Source: Chrysomallon squamiferum (Eukaryota; Animalia; Mollusca). Taken from it: a stretch of 64,000 nt of DNA. Under the pieces are notes generated by a model. The model was not told the origin of the DNA. It made no database searches and saw only the letters and a list, made by a program, of their open reading frames with translations. Shown here in pieces: positions 40,963 to 57,307 of the stretch (position 1 is its first letter; every line of letters starts with the position of its first letter). The position numbers and the translations under genes are program-made. The stretch spans positions 21,576,001 through 21,640,000 of the forward strand of contig CM022673.1 of NCBI GenBank assembly GCA_012295275.1, read 5' to 3'.

Positions 40963-41914
40963 TGTGAAACACGAGCGTGTGTAATTGTTTTTCCATTCAG
41001 AATGAAATATCTGTTCAGCTAAATGATTATTTTTAATAATTACTCTTTATTTAAAATTAATTCATAAAACGTAAATCGGTTAAATCGGTTCGGACTAAAA
41101 GCAGCATTTTCACAAATATATTCCTAGAAAGGTTACTATTATTAAAGCCTAAGATAATATGTAAAGATATCTATCATTAACTCTGTCTACATAATACGAT
41201 TATATTACTTAATCGAAATAATCTGTCAGAACCTTCGGGAGTTTTGATAAATCTCAAACTTGTGACAAGGGTAAGGAGTAAGCTATTAAACGTCGAAATT
41301 CTTCGCGCATGTATTGTATTAATGTCAAGTAATGTGTCCCTCGTTAAATACCCAGCATAAGTGACATGTTAGTATTTTAAGTATTACACGTTAATTGGTA
41401 GAAGACAAGCCATTATGTTGTTCAAGCTAACTTATTTGCGTCCAGAAGGTTGTTGTTTCAAATCCTGACAGAGGATTCACTAATATTATAATTAAATAGA
41501 TAACAGACGACCATATTGTTCTTAACAACCACGTTCTAACATCCGTTCTAGAAATACATGTTAAACATGGCCGTGCATTTGTTTGAAGACTACATTATAA
41601 TTACGATACTGCTCAGTTAGCAAATCTACTACTGAAGATTTCAAATAATCACTCGGAGACTGTGATATACATTCAAATAAGCCAGCAGCTGTATGATTAA
41701 ATTTCAAATGTGGCCAACTCCTCCTTTCCAACTCTCTAATTATCTTAATAAATAAATAAAAGAACGAACAAATGAACCAACAAAGAACGAATGAATAATA
41801 ATAATAATAAAATGTTTATTAAATAAACAAAATTCAAAACAAAACTTGAAAAATAAAAAAAATAGAAAAGTAAGAGAATCAAATTTTACGTCAGTGATGA
41901 TATGATTTGTTCTT

Positions 41915-42070
41915 GAAGCGAATAATTTTCGTTATCTTCGGTTTTACACTTTATAAATAAAACGTCAACAACTGAATGACGTCATTTAGCAACCAGAAAC
42001 CTACAGGTGTGGTGGACGGTATACAAACTCACACAATCGATTTTGGTTTTTAAATGAGGACAAAAATTCT
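41915..42070 (-). repeat. Dispersed repeat copy 2 (inverted relative to 12715-12870)
   Basis: The reverse complement reads CTGTAGGTTTCTGGTTGCTAAATGACGTCATTCAGTTGTTGACGTTTTATTTATAAAGTGTAAAAC, homologous to copy 1. Confidence 0.75.
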
Positions 42071-42245
42071 GCAACTTAAATATTATATTTTATTATTTTG
42101 AAACAAATTATCCTTTCTTTGAAAGAAAAACTAAAAATCGAATAGCAACAAGTTATCCACTATTAATAGAACACTAAAATAATTTTCTTTGTGTCGTAGA
42201 TTTTAATGAAAAGCGACAAAATAATAATAATAATAATAATAATAA

Positions 42246-42276
<31 letters not shown>

Positions 42277-43032
42277 AAGAAGAAGAAGAAGAAGAAGAAG
42301 AAATAAGAAATAAATAAATAAATTACGTTTTAAAATATTTATATGTTTTCATGTTGACATGAGTTCCAAAAAAAAAATTATTCATTTTATTTTTATTTTT
42401 TTTAAAGAAAAAGATTATGCTTATGAAAATGTATAAAAAGGTGTTATTTCTATAATACACCTCCAGACAGCAAACATACACCGATGTGTCTGTTTAATCG
42501 GGTGTAGACACTGTAATAAAATGTGTCAAGAGTGAAATGTTTCAGCCAAACGTGAACTTTAACCTGCTGACCTTGCCAGACTAGAGGTCGCCTCATAAGG
42601 GTATTGACATCAGCTTATCAAACAAAGAGAATTAAAAATGGCAAAACACGGGTACATTTTTCACTGACGTCAAAGATCGAACCCGTAAGCTAAGTGGACT
42701 GATGACCCGTACAAAACATTACTACATGCATATGTATTGTCCATACGAAATAACAAACAAAACCAGTGAACTTTTGACACTTTCATATTTTCTTCACTGG
42801 TACGCAAATGGTGGTTGATACGAATCAGAGCTTGTATCCACAAAGATGTTGTTTTGAATGTCATCATGAACTAAATAATATGGTAAAGTTTAATGTTCTA
42901 GTTGGCGCAAGATGTTCTGGAGCTTGCCCGCCCTTCAGAAGACAGTCATAATCCTTGATTGCTTTACATGTTATTTTTATCAGAGAACGTACAGTTAATA
43001 CGAAAGAAAGCTGCTGTGTTTATCAAATGTAA

Positions 43033-43776
43033 TGTTAGTATGTTAGATGATTTCTGAGGTTGTCAAAGGTTGTGTTAGTATGTTAGATGATTTCTGAGGT
43101 TGTCAAAGGTTGTTTTAGTATGTTAGATGATTTCTGAGGTTGTCAAAGGTTGTGTTAGTATGCTAGATGATTTCTGAGGTTGTCAAAGGTTGTGTTAGTA
43201 TGTTAGATAATTTCTGAGGTTGTCAAAGGTTGTGTTAGTGTATTAGATGATTTCTGAGGTTGTCAAAGGTTGTGTTAGTATGCTAGATGATTTCTGAGGT
43301 TGTCAAAGGTTGTGTTAGTATGTTAGATGATTTCTGAGGTTGTCAAAGGTTGTGTTAGTATGTTAGATAATTTCTGAGGTTGTCAAAGGTTGTGTTAGTG
43401 TATTAGATGATTTCTGAGGTTGTCAAAGGTTGTGTTAGTATGTTAGATAATTTCTGAGGTTGTCAAAGGTTGTGTTAGTGTATTAGATGATGTCTGAGGT
43501 TGTCAAAGGTTGTGTTAGTATGCTAGAGGATTTCTGAGGTTGTCAAAGGTTGTTTTAGTATGTTAGAGGATTTCTGAGGTTGTCAAAGGTTGTGTTAGTG
43601 TATTAGATGATTTCTGATGTTGTCAAAGGTTGTGTTAGTATGCTAGATGATTTCTGAGGTTGTCAAAGGTTGTGTTAGTGTATTAGATTATTTCTGAGGT
43701 TGTCAAAGGTTGTGTTAGTATGTTAGATGATTTCTGAGGTTGTCAAAGGTTGTGCTAGTATGTTAGATGATTTCTG
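43033..43776. repeat. 40-bp tandem satellite, about 18.6 copies
   Basis: Unit TGTGTTAGTATGTTAGATGATTTCTGAGGTTGTCAAAGGT repeated head-to-tail, with no spacers and a few recurrent variants. Confidence 0.97.
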
Positions 43777-43928
43777 TATTTGTCACTGGTGATGTAAGAG
43801 TGTTAAATTATTTCGTTATTTTGTACATAATTTGTTAACGAGACGAGATAATACCGTTACACAGTGCTTTCCCTAATTACAATCCTCGCAAAAACTATGC
43901 TTAAAATTGAACCACTGAAATATGTCTA

Positions 43929-43997
<69 letters not shown>

Positions 43998-44699
43998 TTA
44001 CAACTGTATTTAACAGATTGCTTTGAATTAACTTTCGCATGTCATAGTTATGCTAAAGTGTCAGAATCATTTGCTCAAGGCAGTAGTAGGGCTGAGATAA
44101 TTTTAACATATTAGTCAGCGCGAGATGACGTAAAGTCTAGCAGTGGTGATTATGTACTCAAGACATTGTTAAGTTTACAGGTTACAATATTTTAAAGAAT
44201 AGTATAGACTCCCCAGATTAGATCCGGAGTGCTACCGAAACCAAGTCATCAGGAAGAAAACTACAAGATGTAAGGTGGGTACGGCATTAATTCAGAAAGC
44301 TTGTTTATTAAATCTGTTAACATCGGTTATTATATTTTGTTACTATATCCAAGGTAACAACGATTACCGAGTCCATTGCAATAAAGTGACTAGATGAGTT
44401 TGTTCTAATCCATAACTCTGCCCAGGACGTTTGTGCCATTATAGATCAGGCTCATGAGGTTGATTTAGTTTGTTCTATGCATCTGACATTAAATAAGTAT
44501 GATTTTTTTAAAATTCATCTTCGCACTTTATAAGTGCCTGATGTCTAATAAATTTCGTTTTATGCTGGCGAACTGAAATCATACAGAAGCAGTTTTGTAG
44601 TCGAAATCAATAAACTACACTGACTGTTGACAAAGGTATTTTCGTCAGACGATACTGACTTAAATGCTACACTGACACATTAAAGATAGCCAGTGACTG

Positions 44700-44890
44700 A
44701 CCAGATCAACATCCCCCACCTACCTTCTCTTAGATACATTTCGAACAAGATTCTACAATGTCCGGCAGACATTCTGAGTTCGACTCACATGAATGACTTG
44801 TGACACTGAACTTTTATGTCTGGTGTTATTTAAAAGATCACGTTCATGAAGATAAACGATCTGAAGAAAGCTGTAATAGCCACGAAGAAT
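44700..44890 (+). mobile_element. Heavily decayed Tc1/mariner-superfamily transposase relic (C-terminal catalytic region)
   Basis: 44764 onward translates GRHSEFDSHE*LVTLNFYVWCYLKDHVH and, after a frameshift, INDLKKAVIA. This resembles GR...WPPRSPDLNPLDFYLWGYLK..VY...TI.DLK.AI. Stops and frameshifts are present. Confidence 0.4.
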
Positions 44891-45532
44891 GTACTAATGT
44901 TACTAACATGCTGCTAAGTTTGCCAGCGATGACTTATATAATATTTGTACAGGACCGTACACAATCTATTTAGTTGACATTTTATGACAAAATAAGTCTC
45001 TAATAAAAAATAAAAAAAAAATTCATAAAATTATTATTAATATTGTACTGAGATTTTTAGGTTTAATTATTTGAGAAGGATGAAGTGAAGTGGTCCACTG
45101 CACAAAAATCAGCAAATATCATCCAAAGCTAGAAACATGTGAAGGAAAGAAATGAAAATGTAATAGATATAAATGCTGCAAAACAGTAGAATGTTGTTTG
45201 TTTCATTATAACATTCTTTGGATCTTTCTGGGATTTACAGAGATTGAAAAGTTAATAATTTTAGGTACGACATCAACCAACGAAGAAAGAAGATAAGAAA
45301 CCAAGAACTTTTAAATAGTCGCTATTAATAATCGTTTCCAAATTTTTTTTTTTTTTTTTTTTTTAGTTAAATTTTTAAAACAACTGTCAACATTTCTCTA
45401 AAATAAGCCACTCTTTGTTAGAGTTTTAATACTCTAGCCAGATCATATTTAGAGACTGAAAATGTGCAGTTATCTGACGAAACCGTTAATTGTAACTGGC
45501 TTAGTAAATTCAGAAGATTAACATTTCATCAT

Positions 45533-45692
<160 letters not shown>

Positions 45693-45758
45693 AACAAGAA
45701 AGAATAATTATAAGATGATTCATTTATCTCGAATTTAATTCTGCTTTGTTTATGACAG

Positions 45759-45869
<111 letters not shown>

Positions 45870-46653
45870 AATTCAAAGATATCTGCGCAAAAAATGTTAA
45901 TAAGAATTTTAGACTGATGTTGAAATCTGGGACTTTTGTCAGTCAAATAATTTTATTATTTACAATATTTCCTTTCACAGTAATGTATCTCAGGCATATT
46001 TTATTACCCGTAATGCAACACAATATATAGGACTTGATTTCACGAAACTATTAAATTATATGCGCAATATCTGTTTTTAAATTAATCTTGATAAGCGAGT
46101 GTTCATGAATTTATGCTGTTTGTTACACTAATATATATGCATTTATTTATCTTGAAACTGATGTTTAAAAACAAATCTCTCCCCATTCCTTATAATATTT
46201 CATGTAGTCATTCTTGAAATTATGTAGCACGCTATAATTACTTAGTAACAGTAGTAGATATGTGTTAATGCCAGAAAATATCAAGCAATATATATGGAAT
46301 AAATGGACTCATGATTATTAAGTTACGAACGCCGCTGCTTACTCGCATAACTCAAATTACGTATAACATTTCCGTATCGTGTTCTTACTCTTTGTTCCTT
46401 TTGTTTGAAATTGGTGACAGTTAGAACCTTGTATAGTGGTCAAACAGAGCACGACGTCGACGTTGTAGTTATCTGTTTATGTCTACATCCACGACACCGC
46501 CGTCAAACTGGGACACGTAAAATTAGCAGATCAGCTACAAATGTGACATATGGATAACAAACAGTAGAGTCCATTTGTATAATAAATATATCTTTAATTC
46601 CTGATATGTATATTTAGTATTGTTTCTATCAGAGAGAGAGAGATGAGAGAGAC

Positions 46654-46787
<134 letters not shown>

Positions 46788-47139
46788 GAGACAGAAAGAG
46801 ACAGAGACAGAGAGATGAGAGAGAGAAAGAGACAGAGAGAGACAGAGAGATGAGAGAGAGAGATGAGAGAGATAGAAAGAGAGAGAGAAAGAGAGAAAGT
46901 GTGTATATATGCATGTGCGTGCATGTGTGTGAGGTGTGTTGTAAATAAAACAAAAATATAAAACGGCAGTAAAGATTGTCTAACAGAGTCGCTGTTGGGA
47001 CTGGAACTCGGAGGTTTCGGTTCAAGCATTATAATTCAAACCTACGTCTGAACTCTGTAGATGCCCTTGGAATATTCCACGCTGTCCATCTCGGCTAGTA
47101 TTGTCCAGTGGTCACAGAGAAATTTGACGACCAGCCCGC

Positions 47140-47271
47140 GGCCTCTGATTGACGGCCAGATTGGCAGCACTGACTATATAAGTCTTACAGACACTTTTGT
47201 CTTGTCCCTCTTGTTACCTCCAACAGTGGAAATCCTCTCTCGGCGGAAATTAATCTAACTGTTTGGTAAGT
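47140..47271 (+). promoter_or_regulatory. Candidate TATA promoter plus short non-coding first exon
   Basis: GATTGG (inverted CCAAT) near 47159, TATATAAG 47175-47182, and a strong donor TTG|GTAAGT at 47265/47266, inside a locally CpG-rich patch. Confidence 0.45.
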
Positions 47272-47436
47272 GATTTCACTTTATTTATAAATATATGTGT
47301 ACGTATATGTAAATATATTTATATATGTATATATATATGTTGCCCATGCATGCAGATTAAAATGAAAGTTTGCATGTACGTTTGCATATATGTATGAAGA
47401 ATGTATGTATGTATGTATGTATGTGTGTACGTATGC

Positions 47437-47475
<39 letters not shown>

Positions 47476-48571
47476 TACATATGTTGAATGTATGTATGTT
47501 TATATGTATGTACATACGTTTATAATATGATAAACGGTTGCATAGAGACTAAAAATATAAAATACGTTAATATTTAGCAGCATGATAATAAATAAACAAT
47601 TCAGATAATGAAATTAAAAATAATGTAATGCGAAAGTTACCGTTAATTGGAAAGTAAATTATTGTATCTGTATGTTTGTGTGAAGTGTTTGAGAGTTTAC
47701 ATGATACCTGAGTATCGAATAACGCACTAAAAGTTAAACTAGCAGACATGTACCTAGGTGACATGTATCTAGCTGTTTCTGTGTCGCACGTCTTCAATTA
47801 CAGATCAAATGTCTTTGTTACTTCGAGAAAAAATCTTTGTCCAAAATTCATCCAACTTCAAATACTATGTAGGAGTTTAGTTTCTGTTTTGTTATTTGAT
47901 ATCAAAGTTTCAAACGTGGTATACCACAAACCCGTTAGCGGGTCTGAAATAAGGAAATTTTACGAAATCTAAACAAGAAATACAAAGACGAGCGTGTCTA
48001 CGAATTACTTCAATTATCACGCTTGTTTCCAGTATTTTAAACACAGTATGAATGTAACATGTTTAATATTGTTGATTTTTAGAGTCATAATGATATATAA
48101 TCCATAACGTGTTAAATATAACAAATTTTAGATCAGTGCATCGAGTTTCTCACCCTCGAACTGTCTGTCGTTCTGTCCGTCTAACTCTCAAAATCTCTCT
48201 CCTTCTCTCTAATGTCAGTCTCTATGCAAGCCCTTGTTTTGGTGGAGTTAATTTGATGTTAACTTTACTAATTTTTCAATAATTAATGAGTTCCATATCC
48301 CATTCCAGAGTTTTACTGTTTTTTGATTCTTGTTTATTTTTTGACTATAAAGAGTAGTAGAAATGTATGTGAATACATGATAGTGTTTTTGTGTCTTCTT
48401 TTAAAATAGATTATCATAACTTGCTACCAGTTTCTGGTTCTAACTAAATTATCATTACCACCAGCCTACTCTATTATTACTACAATAACTACAACAGCAA
48501 TATCAAGAACAACAACTACTACTACTATTATCGTCGTCGTCGTCGTCGTTTTTGTTGCGTTATTGTTGTAA

Positions 48572-48629
<58 letters not shown>

Positions 48630-49369
48630 ATTTGTAGTATTCTATACTGATCTCTTACCAATAGAATTATTTTAAAACATAATTATTTTTCAGACATTCA
48701 TACCTGTTTTAACATCCGTTCAAAATTTATAAAAGACGGCTATTTGTTTTAATGTAATTTATTAATGTATTATTATAGTTTGCATTTTATTTTTTTTTAT
48801 TAAATATATTAAATATATTGAAGTTTTAGGGACAGAAAACTCAAAATATACTGATATTTTGTCAAAACAGAAAAATGCACTTTTGTTTTACGCACTTTTT
48901 TACGCATATTTATTTACGAACGTACCGCGTTTTTGTTGAATGAAGCTGACCTCTGAACTCTGTCGCGGCGTGCCACTTTCAACCAATCAGGTCACGACCC
49001 GCGCTATTTTGTACCACTTGGATATAGAAGTTCGTTCATAACACCGGTTGTAACTAACTGTATACTCGCACTGAGCAGATGTCTGCGCATGTCATTTTCT
49101 TCGTAGTGTCACGTCTGTGCTCTCACAACAACAAACAAACGTGTTTTAATACTGTTTGTTTTTCTCGTTCCAACCACCGATGGTAAACGTATTTTTACAG
49201 ATACTCCACGACAGTACAGATACACTAATAAATCATGTAAGTTATGTTTTAGTGATGATGATGATGATGATGATAACAATAAAAAGTTAAAATTCATGTT
49301 CAATAAAAATAAAGAAGAATAAACGAAAGATAATAACAAACACACCTACTCACACACACATATATATAT

Positions 49370-49459
<90 letters not shown>

Positions 49460-49924
49460 TGTGATTAAACATGGTCATAATAAATGTATTAATTTTCACT
49501 TAGTAAACATTAATAATAGCTAGTAATATATGTTTAACTGTATCACATATATAGCTAACTAAATAACTAAATACTAATATAATAAACAAATAAATAAAAC
49601 CAATGAAATAAAAAGGAAGAAAGAAACACACCAGACTATCTAATTATAAAAACATGTTTCTCTGCAGACTAAGAGATTAATGTCTCAATCATTTGTCGTA
49701 TTAACCCTTCTGTTCCGTGGTTGTTGTCGTCTCATCTCAACAAGGTATAAATGACTAGGTATAGATGTACTTGGCAGTTGTAGGGTTAATAATCAATCAG
49801 TTGTAGGGTCTCGTGGGACCAGCAGGGAATCTGTCTTCTTACTGTCCTCCTTCTTTCTTTTTCTTCTACTTTCTTTCTTTTTCTTTGTCTTCGTTTCGTT
49901 TTACTTTTCACCAAATGCACTTCT

Positions 49925-50018
<94 letters not shown>

Positions 50019-50473
50019 CTTTTTCTTTCTTTCTCGTTCTTTCTTTTTCTTTCATCTTTTTCCTTCTTTTTTTTTCTTTCTTTGTAACAAATGATTTCTG
50101 ACTGATTGTTATGCTGAGAATTAAAGACTAAGTACGTTTTTTTCAGTATTACTGTTCATATTATTATTATTATTATTATTATTATTTTTCGCATGAAGCT
50201 ATATGAAAGGTGATATATTCTCATGTACATGTATATATAAATATACATACATGTGTATGTATGTTTGTATGTGATTATATATGTCCATCCGCCCGTTAAT
50301 CAAACTGTTTTATTTTATTTTATTTTATTTCTGTCAGAGAAACAGTCTATAATTATTAAAATTAAACCGCAAAATAAAAAAATAAAAAAATAAACACAAT
50401 TTAGGATTATTTGTGGACTTTAATGTGGCGTTGTTAGTTTCAGTAGTTTAGCTGAAGCAATTAGTGATATTTT

Positions 50474-51692
<1,219 letters not shown>

Positions 51693-52531
51693 TAGTCAAC
51701 ATTACTAAAGTGTTTGTAAAACTGGTGGCAATGGCTGTGGTGGTTATAAATGCCAGTAGTAGTAGTACTAGTACTAACGGTTTGATTTTCTCTGAGATTT
51801 TATTTCTTCGTTGTTCCTTTCCTTGACTTCTTGCAATAATTTTTTTTTTTCAACTTTGAAATGTTTCCTAATAGGAAACAGAAAAAAAAATATATATATA
51901 TATACATCCTGTAAATCCTAGTTCTGACACGCCAACCACAGATTACCAAATTATCACAGACCTATTTCCGAGCAGCAGTTACCGAGACTACTGCACGTTT
52001 TGTCAGCCATAATTTCGGTCGATGGAAATTCGGTGCGAACCAATCAAAACGGGGAAATGAACTTCGTTAGGGCCACTAAGTGAAAAGTGACGTACGCGGA
52101 TTGGTCGGGCTGTTACGGAGTACGATTTGCTCGCATCTACAGTTCGTGGAATTATTTGTTTACACATGTCGAGAAAGAAGAGGTTGCACTAAGATGCACT
52201 ATCCTCCAGTGAACTCTGTACACCACAGTTTCACCCTTTTGTGTCAAAGGGAAATAAATGTTTATTTAATTATGAATTGAAAATAATGACATTTTACTTA
52301 AATAACAGTGTGACTCACCGCAGCTGGCTTACATCAAGCTGTACCTGTGGTGATGGTAATAAATAATGTACATATATTCTGTTTTAAAACCATTCACTGC
52401 TATAATAAACTGTGACAAACGAAATACAGGTCCTGCCGTTTTCATGATGTCATATTTAAAATCTGAAATTATAAATTCATATATTTACAAATAATTTACT
52501 TCGTTTTGGATTGCTAAATAAACATTATAAA

Positions 52532-52592
<61 letters not shown>

Positions 52593-53494
52593 GACATTCG
52601 TAACTTTGTGAATTCACCTAAAATAATGTTAACCTCTAAACAATTAATAGGCACGGACGTTTTATATTATTTTACGATGATCTAAAGGTACCAAGCAGCA
52701 AATAAAATAATCAATTGAAAATTTAGTTACGATTCGAGTTTATTTTAAAATATGTCTAACATAACAGTGATGTATCGTTAATTCTTTCATTTCGTATTTA
52801 AATATTTGCTATCGTCTAAAGCGCTCACAACTAATGATAAGTCCAACAAATAAGGGGAAAAAAGAGTATTACAAAATATTGAATATTTAAATATCTTTTT
52901 TAAACTTCATTTTTTCACATGTTATTTGAATGAAGTGACTAATCATATTTATAACAGTAACATTTAGCATTTCAGGTATTTTTTCGACAGTAAAGTATAA
53001 AATATATATCAGTTTTTAATACTGTATTTTGTGTAACCTACATTTGACTCTTTGTAACCGACACCTGATATTTCGTACCCTACAACTCAAAGGGACTGTG
53101 CTGAAAGTTTCCATTGCTCAATTTAAGATCTGTTATGCAGTAAAAATACTCCAATGTGACTTACGTACGGTGTTGCCCATCCTGTCAGATGATATCTCCC
53201 AATTTACGACTCGGTACAGTGCGAACGGTAAAGCGATAAGAAACTCAATAACCCCCCACGGCAACTAAGCTTTAGATCCAGAATTAGAAATTACGGAACG
53301 TACCCGTATTTTCTTTATTTCTTCATGACATCGACGTGAATGGAAGTGTTAAATGATAAAAAGAAAAAAGAAGTCTAAATCACGACTGTTTCAGGTTTTG
53401 CGCAAGGTCACTATGATGTTGAAATCACGGTCGTCCGGAATGAGAGGGTAATGACAAAGCTGAGGTGGTGGAACTGGGACAGACACAAAGCCAG

Positions 53495-53612
53495 GAGGAT
53501 GGAAGGGTGGGTGGACGGGTGGATGGAAGGGTGGATGGACGGGTGGATGGAAGGGTGGATGGAAGGGTGGATGGAAGGGTGGGTGGAAGGGTGGGTTGAC
53601 GGGTGGGTGGGT
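53495..53612. repeat. G-rich 12-bp minisatellite (GGATGGAAGGGT)n
   Basis: About 10 imperfect copies. It produces the PPFH-repeat ORF on the minus strand. Confidence 0.85.
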
Positions 53613-55004
53613 GCGCTGGATTGACTGATCACCGACCGACAGACCGATAATTATGAATAAAAATTGTAAACTTATAGATATAGAAAAAAACAGAAATACT
53701 GACACATACATACATACATGAATACCCACAAATATACAACTTGCAAACATGTATATTTTTATAATCAGAAAAAGAAAAATGTTTGAAAAAAATAAATAAA
53801 TAAAAATAAAAAAGATTGAGAAGACCTCGTCGCAAAGGAACTGTGTGCTTAAAGAGAATGGTCAGTGTTAGGCTGCTTCACAGTCACGCAGAACTGGGGG
53901 AGATGCTGTTACCAGCAATTAGCTGAGCTGAAAACAACCGTGACCTGCTGTTACCAGCTTTCACTATTGTTATTGTAATTGTTACCATTTCCTAATTTAA
54001 CTGCCGGGTTACTGCACTGCTACTGACAAAACTATTATCATAGGTGTATTTCTGACAGTGTTTTAAACTAACATGTTATATTCACTGCTGTTAAGTTTTA
54101 GATACACATTATTAAAGATAAAAATCACACCACTCACATTTTGGAGCCCTGAAGCTTGAACTCTTATGGGGGCGCTTTGCAAACTGCAATGAGGTGTTGG
54201 TAACATCTGGGTTTTTTATCTTCAGTGGGCGTATTCCAAAGCAAACCAAAACAACTGTTTTTGTATTGTTGTTTTTAAAATTTTTAATCTCAGGTTAGGA
54301 TTAAAATGTTGAAGCAATATTGATTAAAGTCGCTTCTCTATTTGAGCCTTGAAGCTTAGTTTCATAACAGATTCGCCCCTGCACACATAAATACATACGC
54401 ACGTACATTTATATACATACATACTTATATACAAAAAGACAAACACACTAACAAATACACGAAGAAACAGAAAACTGTTATCAAATCTTTGATTTTTGTT
54501 TCTTTCTCATGAAAACAAACCAAACAATTAGACACTCTAATTTGTTTACAGCGCTGACAAGTCAGTGGCCAGAGACTAACCACCGGCTAAACACTGACTG
54601 GCCAGTCATCTGTGCACGTCATCTCAGTCAGTCACTAACCTGTCAACTGTCCACTTGGAAAAAAATGTCTGGGTACTTTTTATTATTGCAGAGAAATAAA
54701 AACATGACAAAGGTGTGAAAAAAGTTATTTACGAATATATATGATTTATTATTTTTTGTGTATATGTATTTGTGTAATTTTTGTATGTGTTTGTGTGATT
54801 TTGTGTGTTTGTGTGTATCTGTTATGTAAATATTTGTAAGCACATGGATTCTTATAAATGCACGCTTTTATTACTGGTACTGTTTCGATTAGTAAAAAAT
54901 ACTAGCACACATTATATCACACCGCTACTAATATTAATATTTTGACAAACTGCAATACCGAAAAAAGAACTACATATCGAACAAAAATAAACAAATAATA
55001 ATAA

Positions 55005-55050
<46 letters not shown>

Positions 55051-55291
55051 GTGATGATATGATGATGCTAATGATTCTGATCATGATGATAATAATAAGT
55101 AATTAAATAATAAAACCATCGGCGTCCTGCTGATCATGAATGTTCAGATTTTGTTATCATAAAAAGAGACAAAATGTTTCTTGTTTATAATACAGAAATA
55201 TTGTGCGATAAAAGAGTTAACGAAAGGAAAAAAAATTATAAACAAAAAATAAAATAAAATAAAAAAAAAAAAAAATAAAAATAAAATAAAA

Positions 55292-55334
<43 letters not shown>

Positions 55335-55952
55335 AATAAAATAAATGTAAAAAATAATAATAACAATAAACAGATATATAGATAGACAAGGACAGACATA
55401 TGGATAGATAAATTAAAATGAATTTATTTTTAAAATGATCTTAATTTACTTTGTATTTTAAACATTATTTTTCGCTGTTAATAATACTTTTAAACGGATT
55501 TGACATATTAATCATTCTGTTTCAAAAATAAATAAACATATTATACTTTAAAAATAAACTCATGTACATTTCCAGTAACAAGTAAATATACTGTTACAGG
55601 ATTTCATTTCATCGAAATGGAGATCGGGCGTAAATGTTAGCAGTGTTAGTAACTCAATATTTTCGTGAGTAACCCGATTCCGGTGTGACAGCTACTGGGA
55701 CAACCAACCACCTGATGTCCTCTTTACCCTTCAAAAATCACCCACGTCATTGCTTCCTTTAAAATAACAACGTCAACGACCTTCATTTTGGGCTCAGTAT
55801 TTCTTATATTTATAGTGTCCGACATTACTTAACATTTTCCTGGTCACAGTAATTACAATTACATTATTGAAACTATTACAACAACAACAACTACTACTAC
55901 TACCATTATTATTATTATTATTATTATTATTTGTATTATTATTATTCTTATT

Positions 55953-55989
<37 letters not shown>

Positions 55990-56130
55990 GAACTTAAAAT
56001 GACGAGTGTTACCAGGTTAGTCAGTTAACAGGTTAGAAAAGGAAGACTAGACGTCATTTTCAGCTCTCTACTGAACTTTCTGACTGTTCCGCTTTACAAG
56101 CTTCTAACTCGAATAATTAGCACCGCGCTG

Positions 56131-56375
56131 CTGTTACTATTGCTTACTATCGCTACTACTTCTACTGTTACTATTACTTACTACAGCTGCTATTACTATT
56201 AACTGCTGCTCCCGCTACTTCTACTGTTACTATTACTTACTATCGCTACTACTTCTACTGTTACTATTACTTACTACAGCTGTATTACTATTAACTGCTG
56301 CTCCCGCTACTTCTACTGTTACTATTACTTACTATCGCTACTACTTCTACTGTTACTATTACTTACTACTGCTAC
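56131..56375. repeat. (ACT)-derived minisatellite with longer repeated blocks
   Basis: CTGTTACTATTACTTACTATCGCTACTACTTCTA units and a duplicated ATTAACTGCTGCTCCCGCTACTTCT block. Confidence 0.8.
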
Positions 56376-56854
56376 TACATCTACTACATTTACTACTAGT
56401 ACTACTATAGTCGCTACTATAATTACTACTACTACTGCCGCAACTGCTATTACCATTACTAAAGCCACTATTACTAGAACTGCTACTACTGCATCTACTA
56501 CAACCACATACACTACTACATTTCCATCTGCTGTTACTAGAATTATTACTTCTTCATCTTGTTTATGTAGACGTTAACATTTTTCAGGTAACGTAACAAA
56601 CGTCTTGTATAAGAATTTCAAACAGATTTGACACAGTCGGATAAGCAGTATCATGAACTGAACTTTTACAACCTGTATTCGACAAAGTTCGCACACTTTC
56701 CGTGTGTGACAACAATGTTGTGTTATTCTTATGACATTAAAACTGGTGAAAAAGCGTTTCCATTCTGTATCACTTTACTTTCAGTTTAGTTATACCATGA
56801 CATAATCAATTACTGATTGTTAGCCAAATGCACCAATTCTTGATGGAGGTCACC

Positions 56855-56958
<104 letters not shown>

Positions 56959-57189
56959 TAATAATAAATAAAATGATATATATATATATATTCCTTTATT
57001 TTCATATGCCAGGGGTATTACCTTAAGGCTCCTTTGAAAAGGTTATGTGTACTAAATCAGCCAGAGACAAGATTTAATTTTATGATATCTTTTAAAATTT
57101 TATGAGATATGTAGGAAGAAAGTAATATGTGTAATGAAAATAATAATAATAATTGCAAAAACCACTAAAACATATACAGGACTGTGAGA

Positions 57190-57307
<118 letters not shown>

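Noticed and set aside
42670-42867. ORF with MDNTY resembling a piggyBac DN motif
   Set aside because: The match is too short and no other transposase motifs or TTAA-flanked TIRs were seen.
43033-43776. Regular 40-bp repeats resembling a CRISPR array
   Set aside because: Units are contiguous with no unique spacers, there are no cas genes, and the context is eukaryotic. It is a tandem satellite.
53391-53750. PPFH-repeat proline-rich ORF
   Set aside because: It is the product of a 12-bp G-rich minisatellite, with no convincing exon structure.
54560-54600. Small hairpin AGTCAGTG...CACTGACT as a possible pre-miRNA
   Set aside because: The stem is too short and interrupted for a pre-miRNA, and I recognise no mature sequence.
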